Source of the DNA: a virus | Lineage: Duplodnaviria > Caudoviricetes | Direction: 5' to 3' (one strand) | Virus record (IMG/VR): IMGVR_UViG_3300013121_000019 | Span: 68,375-132,374 of that record | Length of the DNA: 64,000 nucleotides | Made by a program: the position numbers and the translations under genes | Shown here: in pieces, positions 17,039 to 28,200 of the stretch | Layout: each line of letters begins with the position of its first letter | How positions within the stretch are numbered: position 1 is the first letter of the stretch | Notes under the pieces: model-generated | The model's input: only the letters and a program-made list of their open reading frames with translations | Told to the model about the DNA's origin: nothing | Databases searched by the model: none

Positions 17039-18640
17039 TCAGTAGGGAACGGCCGCCATCCCGGAACCGTAGAACGCCGGCCCACCGTGGCCGCCACCGA
17101 AGCCGGCCGCGGCGCCGCCGATGATCCGGCCGGTCATCTCCATGCCCTTGCCGGTCACGTAGCCTCCGGCCAGCAGAACGAGCAGTGCGGCGGCAGCGCC
17201 CGGCGACAGCCCCAAGGTATCCTGCAGAAGACTCGTCTTCTGTTCCGGAGTCTTGGTCTGGTCATTGGCGATGTTCTTCACAGCCTCCTGATGCTGTGCA
17301 GGGATGTTCTTCAGGGCCTGTGCCTGCCCCATCGCCTTTGCGTTGGCCTGTTGCTCCGCGCTGGCCACCGGGATGTTCCCGAGAGCTGCAGCTTGCTGAA
17401 CAGCCGGATTCAGCTGACCGGCCGACGGTTGTGCTGTCGAAGCCGGGGCCAGGACGCCGGACGGCGGACCACTGACTGTCGTGGCAGGACCGGACGAAGG
17501 CGGCGCCCCGACCTGGCCCACAGGACCAGCAGCGCCGGCCGCCGGCGTCACCTGACCCGGCTTGCTGGCCGGTGCCGCTTGACCGACACGCCCGGTTTGA
17601 TTCTGCTGCGGTTGACCAGGAACGTACGGCTTGTTCCCAGGATCTAGAGGACCGGCTGCCATCGGCTTGGGTTGCGCACCGCCCATGAAGCGCTGAACAG
17701 TGGCGTCATCCACTGGGCGAACTTGACCGACAGGCACAGCAGTGGGAGCCAGCTGGCCAGGGTCGTTGATCGTCGGTGCTACCGGCTTCGGCGACTGAGC
17801 AGGGTACTCATCGCGTGCCGGAGCGAGATGGCCTGCCGCAGGGCGAAGGTCTGGCTGTTGGCCCATGATGGGCGCGCGCTGCAGTGCAGGATCGCCGACA
17901 GTCGACGGAACCGCGGACGTCGGAGCACGGCTCACCGGATCCCTGACCGACCTGGGATCCCACGACGGAGCCGGAGCACCATACGAGCTGGCCGGTGCAG
18001 GGCTTCGACTCGAGGCTGCTGTGGAAGGCGCACTAGCCGGCGCATTCACCACTTTGCCGATAACGCTGGCCTCACCGGACATCGGCGGCTTCGAGGAGTT
18101 GGCGCGCTGTACCTCGCCCAACGAGATGTACTTCTCGACATCGATGCCGTTGTTGCGCGCATGCTGAAACGCACGGGCACGGTCACGTGCCGCCGGCATC
18201 GCCATCGAGTCGGGGTTCATGTACGGGCTCTGCCGTGCCAGCGTCGGGGCCCCGGAACCAGAGCTCGGCTCGCGCACCGAGACCGACGGCGCCGCACGCT
18301 GAACCGCGCCAGGAGATGCCGGGGACTGAATGGTCTTCGGGCCCGCTACCGACCCAGCTGGCTTCGACGGAATCAGCTCGCTCGAGTTGACCGGCGCGTA
18401 GGAGTCGGGGCGCGCCGTTGCGTGTGCGTCCGACGCGACCGTCAGTCCACCGCGGTTGGTCACAGGACGAACCGATGCCGAGACCGGACCAGAACCAGGC
18501 TGCACACCGCGGAAGGTGTTGATCGCCAGAGGCTGGGCAGCGCTGACCATCGTGGTGGCCCTGGCGATCTTCATCAGGGCACCGCGCATCATCTCGCGCT
18601 CGTTACCGTACTCGGTCATCAACTGCTGGCTGGTCTGCAT
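17039..18640 (-). CDS. Pro/Ala/Gln-rich putative virion cargo protein
   Basis: N-terminal ALMKIA, long low-complexity body, C-terminal hydrophobic Gly-rich segment. Confidence 0.7.
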   Translation of the reverse strand: MQTSQQLMTEYGNEREMMRGALMKIARATTMVSAAQPLAINTFRGVQPGSGPVSASVRPVTNRGGLTVASDAHATARPDSYAPVNSSELIPSKPAGSVAGPKTIQSPASPGAVQRAAPSVSVREPSSGSGAPTLARQSPYMNPDSMAMPAARDRARAFQHARNNGIDVEKYISLGEVQRANSSKPPMSGEASVIGKVVNAPASAPSTAASSRSPAPASSYGAPAPSWDPRSVRDPVSRAPTSAVPSTVGDPALQRAPIMGQQPDLRPAAGHLAPARDEYPAQSPKPVAPTINDPGQLAPTAVPVGQVRPVDDATVQRFMGGAQPKPMAAGPLDPGNKPYVPGQPQQNQTGRVGQAAPASKPGQVTPAAGAAGPVGQVGAPPSSGPATTVSGPPSGVLAPASTAQPSAGQLNPAVQQAAALGNIPVASAEQQANAKAMGQAQALKNIPAQHQEAVKNIANDQTKTPEQKTSLLQDTLGLSPGAAAALLVLLAGGYVTGKGMEMTGRIIGGAAAGFGGGHGGPAFYGSGMAAVPY

Positions 18641-18676
18641 TTCGACATCCTACCGATCTGTCGGTTCCGGGGGAAG

Positions 18677-19219
18677 CTAGGGGGTCTTGATGATCGGCTT
18701 CTTGGCCTTCAGCTTCGTGGGGCAGTTGTCCTGGGTGCACCCCTCCACTTCGCCGACGAACTTGTCCAAGGTGGTTTCGATGTTCTCCACCTTGGTCTTC
18801 GTGACCGTGAGGCTCTTGTCGATGCTCGAGTGAGAGTCGTGGACGGCCCCGATGATGCGGGCCGCGATCGCATCGGTGGACCGGCGAAGCTCCAACAGCA
18901 CCTCGCCATGCCGCTGCGAGTTGTCCGTCTTGAGCTCCCCATGGCGGGTTGCTGCCGCGACCTCGTTGGCACTCAACGTGTCGTTCAACTTGCCGAGTAC
19001 CTCGGCCAGCTTGTCGTTGGATGTCGACATGGCGTTGGCCAGCTTGTCGTTGGACAGCGCCCAACGGCTGATCGCCTTCCATGCAAGGACTGCCGCAGCG
19101 ACCAGTGTCAAGCATACGACGACGGATAGTAGTCCGAGCGCGCCTTTGGTTTCGATCAACGAGATCGACTTGTCGATCGTAGCGTCCGCGTCAGGACCAA
19201 TGAGTGCCAGCAGTGTCAT
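18677..19219 (-). CDS. single-TM membrane protein with coiled coil (holin/chaperone-like)
   Basis: GALGLLSVVVCLTLVAAAVLAW TM helix then heptad repeats. Confidence 0.6.
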   Translation of the reverse strand: MTLLALIGPDADATIDKSISLIETKGALGLLSVVVCLTLVAAAVLAWKAISRWALSNDKLANAMSTSNDKLAEVLGKLNDTLSANEVAAATRHGELKTDNSQRHGEVLLELRRSTDAIAARIIGAVHDSHSSIDKSLTVTKTKVENIETTLDKFVGEVEGCTQDNCPTKLKAKKPIIKTP

Positions 19220-19722
19220 GTTCGCTCCGCATAGTCAGCCGTGAGAGGTTGTCCAAGCGTCGGTGCGGCTACCCCGACGAGAGTGACGGTGTCGTAGCCC
19301 TGATCGGCGATCGACTCAGACAGCAGATACTGCGAAGCACTGTCGAGACGGATGCCGTTCAGGTAGATGGCGATCGTTACGCCACCCTCGTTGATGAACT
19401 TCTGCGGCGTCGTGAACGTCATGTTGACGCCGTTCTTGGTACCAAGCAGCGCTACACCGATGCGCTGCTTGGAGGCCCCTGTCGCGTCTAGGTACTGCTT
19501 GAGGTTCAGGTAGATCTCGCTGCCTACCGCGATGGCGATCGTCTTGGCGATCGTCTCATCGATCTCCGGCTTCTTCGAGGTGCCGCCGATCAGCACCTGA
19601 CCGTCCGACTCCTTGATGGTCTCGACCATCAGGACCGATGGGGCGTTGTCGTCGAAAGCCTTCCGCAGTCCTTGCAGAAGGCTCTCTTGGATTGCTGATT
19701 CGGACAGTGCAGGTGTAGTCAT
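19216..19722 (-). CDS. putative structural protein
   Basis: C-terminal GTKNGVNMTFTT..IYLNGIRL..DY beta-sandwich typical of tail-associated proteins. Confidence 0.55.
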   Translation of the reverse strand: MTTPALSESAIQESLLQGLRKAFDDNAPSVLMVETIKESDGQVLIGGTSKKPEIDETIAKTIAIAVGSEIYLNLKQYLDATGASKQRIGVALLGTKNGVNMTFTTPQKFINEGGVTIAIYLNGIRLDSASQYLLSESIADQGYDTVTLVGVAAPTLGQPLTADYAERT

Positions 19723-19724
19723 CT

Positions 19725-22700
19725 TTACTTGATCACGTGCTGCTTGGTCTTGACCTCTTCCACGGTTTTGCCACGGAGCAGATCGCGTAGTTGCTCGTCC
19801 GTGAAGTTCGAACGAGTCCGGGCGCCAGATCTCTGAACCTCATACCTCGGGTCCACATGGTGTGCCCGGTACAGCTTGCCGGATCCAACGGCTACCAGGG
19901 CGGCTGCCGGCAAACCGCTTAGTGCAGCTGCGGGTGACCTCGTTGCGATGGCCGGTAGCGCGGTCATGAGGCCACCGCCAATTAGACCGCTCATTGCGAT
20001 GCGTGCCTTGCTGAAGCGCTTGGCGCCGTCTGTGTTGGCTTCTGGTCGCTTGGCTCGCTCGTAGAATGCACGAAGCCCATCGACGAACTTCTTCTCATCC
20101 ACAGGATCGAGAGCAGCATCGGTGCCATCGCGCTCTAGCTCTCCGCCGAAGCGCTCCCAGTACTTGTTGAACAGGTCCTTCTCGCGGATGTTCTGCTGGT
20201 CGCCGACAATACTGCGGAGCTCGTCAGGTACCTTGCTGACCGGTGCGAACGCTACGTCCATCAGACCCTGTCCGGCGTGGGGCCCAAACACAGCTCCGAG
20301 CACCGGTGTGTACAGGGCTCCGATGTTCGGAATGCCGTGCGTGATGCCGCTGGTGACCGCGCCAAGACCAGCACCACCCGCGGCACCTCCGAGGATTGAC
20401 CCAATTCGTCGGCGAATCCCATACCCGGGATCTTCCTCACGCTGACGCTTGCTCTTGGGTTGCTCGATCGGCAACAGCGCACCGTACAGTGCACCGATGG
20501 CGGCTCCGCCCATTGCCCTTTGAACGCTACCGGTCTTGACGGTGCTGTGCAGGGCCTTGTTCAGTTGTTCCTTGCTGTGCGCCACCCCGTAGACCCACTG
20601 ATCGGGGCTCTTGTCCTTGTGGAACGGGTTGTAGAACACCGGCGCCGACGGATCCTGTAGCCGGTGCAGGATCGCGCTGGGGCTGATGTTGTCCCAGATA
20701 CCAGCGGCGATCTCGCTGAGCCGCTCCTTGCTGGTCGACGGCAGCACCGACACGTAGCGGCGCACCACCACGTTGCGGTCCTCCGGCGCACGATGGCTGA
20801 GACCGCCAGCACGGATGCCCCGTGCTTCCGCCTGGTTGATCCGCTCCGGATTGAAGTGGCCGTCGAGCATTGCCATCATCGTGGTGTTCGGCAGGTCAAG
20901 ACCCTCAGACCCAGCTGCCGAGATCACGATCACCTTCTTCTTGCCGGCTCGGAAGTCCTGCACACCTTGTTGACGGGCGCCCTCGGTGACGCCCTCATTG
21001 CCCTTGCCGATGAACACCGCGTGGTCGATTCCACGTTGTTTCAGACCGGCCTGCAATACGTCAACACCTCCGTGGATGAGGTTCGTGTGGATCACGACCT
21101 GCCCGTCAGACGTCTCACCAAGGTGCTCCTCTACGTCATCGAGAAGTCGCTTGATCTTGGGAGTCTCGATGGCGGAGCGCTCGACCGACACGTTCTTGTC
21201 GATCGTATGGACGGAGTTCGACAGTTGCCGCATCCGGATGATCTTGCTGAACAGGTCGTTGACCTCAGCTCCGTTGAGCGAGCTCGAGTTCAGCCGGTAC
21301 TTCAGTGCGGTGATCGGATCGAGCTTCTTGACGATGAACTTGTAGAGCGCCGCCTGATGCGGAGACATCTCAACCGATACGGTCTCGACGACCTTCTTCG
21401 GCTGGTTCTTCTGCACGTCCTCTGGCGCCACGTAGTGGATGTACGGGGCGATCAGACTGCGTAGTACCTGCGGGTTGTGCAGAACCTTGTTGCCCTGATC
21501 GTCCATCTTGACGAAGCGGCTCTCGAATGCCGACTTCGAGCCCAGCACGTGTTTGCCGTCGGTCATCGCATCGACCAGCGGTACGAGGTCCGCAGGGGTG
21601 TTGCTGACGATCGAGCCGGTCATGCCGATGAAGTTGCGGTGATGAGGTCGTGCCTGCTTGATGGCTTCTGTCGTCAGCACGCCCTCATTCTTCGCCTTGT
21701 GGAGCTCGTCGTAGATGACGGTGTCGGCTCCGGCAGCCCGTACGTACTGGATTGGGTCCTTGCGGAACATGTCGTACGAGACGACGTGGTACCGGGCATG
21801 CGGATCCGGCCGCTCGAGAGATACATGCGTTCCAGCCGCAACCTCTTGGCTGTTGCCGAACACGGCGCCCTTGGCGGCCGTGAACTTCTGAATCCCGTTC
21901 TCCAGGTAGTTCGCACGTAGGCTCGCCGGGGTAACGACGAGGGCCCGGTCTGCCAGACCGAGCCCACGTAGACGCTCAAACCCAGCGATGCTGGTGATGG
22001 TGTTGTGCAGCAGTAGACCGCCTACGCCGGCGACATAGTTCTTCTCGTCGTACTCGTCGCTGTCCACTTCAAGGTCGTAAACGAAACCGCCACGAGCTGA
22101 CTCGTCGACTAGCGTCACCAGCTCGTACCGTACCGCCGGATCCAGCAGGGCCTGTAGCTTGCGTACGCACTCAGTCAGCAGGGCCCGCGACTCCTTGAGG
22201 CATTGCAACGTTCTGGCGCTGTAGCTGCCGGCTGTACCACGTAGCTTGGCCGCTGCCTGCTCGTAGCGCTGTACACCGTCTGGCGACGACAAGAACTTCA
22301 AACGATTGATCAGCTGCCAGCAGCTGTCGGTCGACAACGTCTGCAGATCGCTCTTTCGCGTTAGCTGTAGTGTCTCCCAGGTGAAACCAGCGTCGGTCAG
22401 CTGGTCCAAGATATGCCGAACCGGAATACCGAAGTTTGGGTTACGGGTGCGGCTTGCCACAAGCGCCAACGCACGCTGCTTGTAGTCGGTAGCGAAACCA
22501 ACCTGCAGAAACGCTTCCGCATCCTCGCCACTGAATGACAGACGCCAGTAAGTGCGTCGGATGCGCGTGCCATTCGTGGCCATGCCGGTCTTAGAGTGTA
22601 GCGACGCTCGAACACCGAAGCGTAGCAACGCGTACTGGATCTGGATGGCCAACTCAGGCGATTTGGTGGTCAACTCGACCGATCCCTCGCCGACCGATCC

Positions 22701-23600
22701 CTCGGCATCGAACACGATCCGCAGCGCATCGCGCAGCTGTCGGTTAGACAACTGAAGGAACCAAGCGGGGAATGCCTTGGCGGACGATAGCCTGCCCCAT
22801 GTGTATCCAAGGCTCTCCAGTAGCCGACGATACTCAACAGAAGAGAAGCGCAAGTACGGCGTCTTCATCACGCCTTTGCGGCTCATCTTTGCAGGGCACA
22901 CACTGCCGGTCGTACCGCGCGGCACAACGCGATGAAGACGTTCTTTCAGATCATGAAGCAACGGCAGATTATCCTGCGTGATGCAGCAGCTACCATTGTT
23001 TGGTTGCTCATGCCCCTCGGTGATCTGCCACGACATCAGTGCCAGAATGTCGTCGTCTACCTCGTACGGGTCGATCGGCTCTTCGATTGATCGTGGGACT
23101 ACGGCGAAGTCGCCTTCTTGCACGTAGCCAGCCGCAACCCACACAGCAGCGCCGCCGCGTACGATAGGCAGCGGGTGCTGACGCGTAATGTCGACCATTC
23201 CACCGCGCAGCGTCCCGATGCCGATGGTGGTCTCGGAAGACCGTAGACGCTGTCGGTATAGAGTGCGTACCGGTGTCCACCGGAACGCGCCATCTCGGTA
23301 GGACAGCACCTGCAGACCGTCAGCTGGTAGCGTCAGCTCGTCCTCCGGCCCTTCACGGCGCGTACCGAACAGCGTTTCGATCGCCAGCAGACCTCGGTTA
23401 GTCAGCACCGGCGTGCCACCGCGGACGCATTTCCCAGACCCAACAGGATGCGCAAGCAGCAACTGCCCGCCCTGACGGACGAGCTTGTTGATGGCCTCCT
23501 CCTGATGCTGGTGGAGTTGGACCGACGGCTTCAGACCCGATTGCTCGTTGGCGATCTTGTCGAGCTCGTCGACGAAGCTGGCCAATGTTACGGAGTTCAT
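19725..23600 (-). CDS. SNF2-family helicase/ATPase with intein
   Basis: HPVGSGK|T, IYDELH, GMTGS, AGSEGLDL, QAEARGIR; start MNSVTL at 23600 after GAGGTGAGG. Confidence 0.88.
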   Translation of the reverse strand: MNSVTLASFVDELDKIANEQSGLKPSVQLHQHQEEAINKLVRQGGQLLLAHPVGSGKCVRGGTPVLTNRGLLAIETLFGTRREGPEDELTLPADGLQVLSYRDGAFRWTPVRTLYRQRLRSSETTIGIGTLRGGMVDITRQHPLPIVRGGAAVWVAAGYVQEGDFAVVPRSIEEPIDPYEVDDDILALMSWQITEGHEQPNNGSCCITQDNLPLLHDLKERLHRVVPRGTTGSVCPAKMSRKGVMKTPYLRFSSVEYRRLLESLGYTWGRLSSAKAFPAWFLQLSNRQLRDALRIVFDAEGSVGEGSVELTTKSPELAIQIQYALLRFGVRASLHSKTGMATNGTRIRRTYWRLSFSGEDAEAFLQVGFATDYKQRALALVASRTRNPNFGIPVRHILDQLTDAGFTWETLQLTRKSDLQTLSTDSCWQLINRLKFLSSPDGVQRYEQAAAKLRGTAGSYSARTLQCLKESRALLTECVRKLQALLDPAVRYELVTLVDESARGGFVYDLEVDSDEYDEKNYVAGVGGLLLHNTITSIAGFERLRGLGLADRALVVTPASLRANYLENGIQKFTAAKGAVFGNSQEVAAGTHVSLERPDPHARYHVVSYDMFRKDPIQYVRAAGADTVIYDELHKAKNEGVLTTEAIKQARPHHRNFIGMTGSIVSNTPADLVPLVDAMTDGKHVLGSKSAFESRFVKMDDQGNKVLHNPQVLRSLIAPYIHYVAPEDVQKNQPKKVVETVSVEMSPHQAALYKFIVKKLDPITALKYRLNSSSLNGAEVNDLFSKIIRMRQLSNSVHTIDKNVSVERSAIETPKIKRLLDDVEEHLGETSDGQVVIHTNLIHGGVDVLQAGLKQRGIDHAVFIGKGNEGVTEGARQQGVQDFRAGKKKVIVISAAGSEGLDLPNTTMMAMLDGHFNPERINQAEARGIRAGGLSHRAPEDRNVVVRRYVSVLPSTSKERLSEIAAGIWDNISPSAILHRLQDPSAPVFYNPFHKDKSPDQWVYGVAHSKEQLNKALHSTVKTGSVQRAMGGAAIGALYGALLPIEQPKSKRQREEDPGYGIRRRIGSILGGAAGGAGLGAVTSGITHGIPNIGALYTPVLGAVFGPHAGQGLMDVAFAPVSKVPDELRSIVGDQQNIREKDLFNKYWERFGGELERDGTDAALDPVDEKKFVDGLRAFYERAKRPEANTDGAKRFSKARIAMSGLIGGGLMTALPAIATRSPAAALSGLPAAALVAVGSGKLYRAHHVDPRYEVQRSGARTRSNFTDEQLRDLLRGKTVEEVKTKQHVIK
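22002..23429 (-). mobile_element. intein (476 aa) with LAGLIDADG endonuclease in SNF2 Walker A
   Basis: GSGK|CVRGGT ... FVYDLEV..NYVAG..LLHN|T; WQITEGH and VFDAEGSV blocks. Confidence 0.92.
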
Positions 23601-23620
23601 CCTCACCTCACTGGCCTGCT

Positions 23621-23652
23621 GGGGCCGCCACCACTTTACCAATGGCGGCCCC
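23621..23652. promoter_or_regulatory. GC hairpin between tail tube and SNF2 genes
   Basis: GGGGCCGCCA-N12-TGGCGGCCCC. Confidence 0.5.
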
Positions 23653-23670
23653 TCGTGTCACTTCAGCGTG

Positions 23671-24414
23671 TCACTTCGGAGACGGCGCGTTGGTGCCTCC
23701 AGCATTGCCGGCCGCCTTCGAGATCACCGTCAGTGCCGACACGTTGACCGGCACGGCACGCTCGAACTGCAGCGCAACCGACTCCTGGACCAGCACCCCC
23801 TGCGCGTCCGTCGCCCACGTGTGGTTCGGCACGTAGCACGCCTCGAGAACCAGCGCACCCAGCGTGTCGAGGTTGTTGTCGCGCATGTAGACCAGAAGGC
23901 CCACGGGCTGACTGAAGAGATCGCTCGCGAGGTTCAGGTAGATGTTCTCGTACCCCGGCGGGACGATGACGTCGTGCGGGTTGGCCATCGTGGCGCTGCC
24001 CTGGTTGGGGAACAGCGCCGGCACCATCGTCGGCGGCACCAGGTCCTGGTAGTACGCGTACATCATCCGGAGCATCGACGGCCCGTGGTAGTAGATGCGG
24101 CTCATGCCGACCTGACCGACCGTGCGGCCCGCGATGAAGTAGCTTCGATCGGACCCGATCTCGAAGATCCGACTGAACTGCCGATTCTGGCTCAGGCTGA
24201 AGTTCTGCACGATGCCGAGCGGCATCCACATCTGGTTCGCCTGCTGCCCGTTCTTGATGGCGCCCTCGACCGCCGCAATGCCACCGATCTGGGCGACACG
24301 CGGCGGACCTGCGGCGATCATCGTGAAGCCGGCGTTCGCGAATGCGCCGTCGACCATCCCGCCCTGTACGTAGTTCTGGTACGGGGCCCAATCACTGAAC
24401 TGTCCACCAGCCAT
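23671..24414 (-). CDS. tail tube protein
   Basis: Downstream of sheath; GIVQNFSLSQNRQFSRIFEIGS..GQVGMSR..ESVALQFE tube-like beta pattern. Confidence 0.75.
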   Translation of the reverse strand: MAGGQFSDWAPYQNYVQGGMVDGAFANAGFTMIAAGPPRVAQIGGIAAVEGAIKNGQQANQMWMPLGIVQNFSLSQNRQFSRIFEIGSDRSYFIAGRTVGQVGMSRIYYHGPSMLRMMYAYYQDLVPPTMVPALFPNQGSATMANPHDVIVPPGYENIYLNLASDLFSQPVGLLVYMRDNNLDTLGALVLEACYVPNHTWATDAQGVLVQESVALQFERAVPVNVSALTVISKAAGNAGGTNAPSPK

Positions 24415-24429
24415 CGGCTTCTCCTGTCT

Positions 24430-25203
24430 TCAGAGACGTTGAACTAGACGACCGTACGCTTCAGGGTCGTTGTGACGAAGAGCCGCTAGCGCCTCCATGA
24501 CGGTCTCCTCGGTGTGCTCGTGAGCTGGCGGATGGTCCCGCTGCGTCAAGAGAGTCAAATTCGAAGGGTCGTTGTTTCGTCGGTTGCCGTCAATGTGATG
24601 AACGACCTCGTGCGGCTGTAGGGGTCGACCGAGCTTCTGCGCCACCACAAGCCGGTGCTCGAGCACACGCCCCTGACGAGTCGGACCCGTGTAGTCGGCC
24701 GGCGGTCTCACGAGCACGTAGCCGGCGCCATCGTAGATCGGCCCATCCTTAGGGGTACGCCCGCGGTTGATCAACGGGCGCAGCTGTCGACCGTTCTCGT
24801 CGATGATTCCGGCCTCTCGCTGCTGCGCATGTTTGGAGCACATGAACCGCGAGACAGGACGACCAGTGCAGCCCTTGACGATGCAGGGTTCGCACTGGTA
24901 CTTCGATACGCGCTCAATCTTGGCCTCGAGAGCTCCTGATTTTCGTGCTCGTTGGTAGTGGTACATGCACAGGCCCCTAGCCTTGGGCCGCCGTGTGCAC
25001 CCTTTGAGTCCACACTGCGCGTCATCGCCGTAGGAAACAACGCGCAGCGGGTCTCGCAGCTCAGTGCCGTCATCGGCGCGAATGCCTGCGCAAAGCTGGG
25101 CATAGTGCGTGTTGCACATCCCCTTTGCGACAGTCACCGTTGCGCATCCGACCACTTTGCAGATCTCCTTCGTAGCCTTCTTGGGCCTACCAGTCCTGGG
25201 CAT
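24430..25203 (-). CDS. HNH homing endonuclease with three N-terminal Cys/His fingers
   Basis: VLEHRLV..LGRPL..EVVHHIDGNRRNNDPSNL; free-standing between sheath and tube. Confidence 0.88.
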   Translation of the reverse strand: MPRTGRPKKATKEICKVVGCATVTVAKGMCNTHYAQLCAGIRADDGTELRDPLRVVSYGDDAQCGLKGCTRRPKARGLCMYHYQRARKSGALEAKIERVSKYQCEPCIVKGCTGRPVSRFMCSKHAQQREAGIIDENGRQLRPLINRGRTPKDGPIYDGAGYVLVRPPADYTGPTRQGRVLEHRLVVAQKLGRPLQPHEVVHHIDGNRRNNDPSNLTLLTQRDHPPAHEHTEETVMEALAALRHNDPEAYGRLVQRL

Positions 25204-25223
25204 GAGTCACCTCCGGTGAGGGA

Positions 25224-25231
25224 CTTATACC
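25224..25231 (-). promoter_or_regulatory. GGTATAAG promoter core upstream of HNH gene
   Basis: Core motif copy, followed by GGAGG and ATG 25203. Confidence 0.55.
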
Positions 25232-25242
25232 ACAAGCTAGTT

Positions 25243-28200
25243 TCAAATGACCAAAGTGTGTCGGACGTAATTGCAGGGGAACGGAACATCGAGGGTGCTG
25301 TCGAGCAGCACCGCATCGGGCTCCGCTTCATCCTGCACGATGTTGTTGAGGCTCGCGCCGATCAGCACGCCAGCGTCCGTGAGGAACGTGAACAGGCCCT
25401 GGGTGACCTGACCGAGCGTGTCGAGGAAGCCCTGGTTGATGTTGTAGCGACCGATGAAGTTCTTGAGGCCACGCCGAACGAACTTCGCCGTGAAGTCGAC
25501 CACCTTGGTGATCGAGTCCGTGCGGGCCTCGACCGACGTCATGTTGGTCGTCAGCGCCATGCGGGTCGTGATGGCCGCGCCAGGCGAGTCCTGGACGAGG
25601 ATCCACACACCGCCGGCCGCGATGATGTTGAGCTGCTTCTCCGTGAAGTAGCCGTTCGAACCGATGACCCGGGTGTAGCCGGTCAGCGGGAAGTTCGTGA
25701 ACGACAGCTGCGGAGGCTGCTGCGAGATCGCGCCCACGAGGCCGGCGTTCATGTAGAAGCCCTCGATGACCTGCTCGACGCCATCGATGATCGCTGCCGT
25801 CTTGTCCGGCATCGTCATCCACACACGGCGGTTGCCGTAGGACTGGCCGATCTGCTGGTACGTCACGGCCATGTTGAGCTTGTCGGGATCGCCGTTCGTC
25901 AGCGTCAGGGCGGCGCCACGAATGCGGATCGCGAAGGTCTCATCGATCAGTGGATCCGTGAGTGTGTCGGTCGTGAAGAACTCGTCGTCGTTCTCACCCG
26001 TGGTGAACGTGTTGCGCAGCGTGATGATCGGGCCATCGATGGACTCGATCGAGTACGCGTTGTCGTCGCTCGCCAGGTCGAGGAACAGCTGGTCCTCGAC
26101 CGGGATCGTCGTCGTCGGATCGAGGCCAGCCGCCAGCACGAGCGCAGCGAGGTTCTGGATGCCGGTGTCGAACTCCAGCAGGCTCGGGTTGTTCGTCAGG
26201 TTGCCCTGCGCACCAGAGGCCACCAGCGTGTCGACGCGACGCACCGGCTGCTTCTGGTTCACCAGCACGATGCGCTCGAGCTTGTTGGTCGGCTCCGAGA
26301 GCGTCGTGACGTGCGTCCCGAAGACCTGGTGGACCACCGGGTTGTGCGTCAGCGGAGCGATGCCGTAGACGTCGAACTGCTCGAGGAACTCCGCAGCACG
26401 CGTGAAGCCCGCGACGGTGCCGAACGGCTCATCCGCAGAGATCTCATCGACGCCGATCGCGTTGATCGAAACGCCGGGAGCGTTCTGAAGTGCGAAGAAC
26501 ACGCCCAGCGGCATCGGGTTCTGCGTGTTGATGGGCGCGCAGATGTTGCCGAGCTGCGTCGTGTCGTCGAAGCTCAGCAGGGCAGCGTTCTTCGCACGCG
26601 CCGTCAGGTCGAGGCGAACCGCGTGGTACGCCAGGTAGATGCTGGCCTTGTTGGATGCCGGGGGGTTGCCGGTCGTGTCGCGAAGCAGGTCGTGCTTGAT
26701 CGTCACGGTGCCGGTGGCGCTCACCCGGAGGTTCGGGAGCGGACGACCAGCCGCCGGGGGATCCTTGAGGTTCCGGGCGATGATGTAGAAGCGGCTGCCG
26801 GTGAACGTCAGCGGTAGCTGGCGGCTCAGCCGCACGTAGTTCGTGACGCCACCGGGCGCGACCTTGTTGATCAGGCCGTACGAGACACCATCGATGAACA
26901 GCTCATCACCCGCCTGTACCGGGTGCGGGCTACCGACGGTCGTCCCAACCGTCAGCCCCAGCAACGTCAGGGCTGTGCCGCCGAGGATCTTGATCTTGCC
27001 GTCGTAGCCTTCGGCCTGCGACGTCAGCCGCAGGTAGTTGGTGTTGACGAGATCCGCCACGATACCGTCACCGTCGTCCATCACGGCGTTGATGGCATCC
27101 ACGACCGCATCACCATCCGCGACCGCGGGGAACACGATCGTCTGCGGCTGACGACCGTCGCTGATGATCAGGGTCGTGTCCTCGAGGTCCGTGAGCGTCT
27201 GGCTGACCGACAGATCACCAGAACCTTCGACGACCGCAGCCGTAGCCGCTGCCGTCAGGTTCTCGTTCGAGAGCAGCACCACCGGCGTCACGGCGTCGCC
27301 GTTGCCATCATCGACGGCCTGCACCGAGTAGGTGCCGGAAGCCGACAGGTTGCCGCCCGTGAAGCCCAGCGTGGCGGCCTTGGTACCGCCCGTGAGCGTC
27401 ACGATGGCCGTCGGGCCGGTGTTGTCCGCGAGCGTCGAGATCGCGAGCTTGCCGCCGCTCAAGCTGGCGAGAGCCTTGGCCGCGAAACCAGTGAACGCCT
27501 GCACCTGGCTGACGACCTCATTGGCCGTCGTCGGGTAGCTGAACACCCCGTTGATGGTCGTGTTGACCCCACCCTTGGTGATGCGGATCGTCAGCGTGCC
27601 GTTCGAGAGATCACCGTTGACACCGCGCGTGGTGCCGGTCGTGATGCCGAGGTCCGTCACCGTCAGGGTGCCGTTGGCGATCGTGATGTACGGCGTGTTG
27701 CCCGGCTGCGGATTCGTCAGCACCAGGTAGCCGTTGTCGTCGATCGACGCGAACGGCTGGTCGAACCCGGAGAGACCAGCCGTGTTGTTGATGTCCTCAA
27801 TCAACTCCGTCTCATCAGCGATGTTGGCCCGGAACGTGACGGTCCGGACGGTCGTGCTGTTGAGCTGGACCGTGAACGTCAGGCCGGAGATGTCGTTGGC
27901 CTCGCCATCGAACAGACCGGCGCCACCGCCGGCACGGATGTCGACGTTGCCCGTCACGGTTCCGTAGGTCGCGTACACCAGCCCGCTCAAGAGCGAGCTC
28001 TTGAGGGTTGCGATGGCCGGAGAACCGCCACCACGCAGGTACGTCTCGGTGCGCTTGACCTCCTGCACCGAAGCACCGCTGCCCAGGTAGAGGAACGCGC
28101 GGATCGTGTCGAGCTCGACCGCGAGCTCCGCGATGTTGGCGCGCGGATCGGGGAAGTTCTTCTCCGAGATGGCCGTTCGGTACTGCTGGTAGGTCGACTG

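Noticed and set aside
23663-24391. 242-aa alternative-frame ORF over the tail tube
   Set aside because: Arg-rich off-frame product; 23671..24414 has the AGGAG RBS and tube-like sequence
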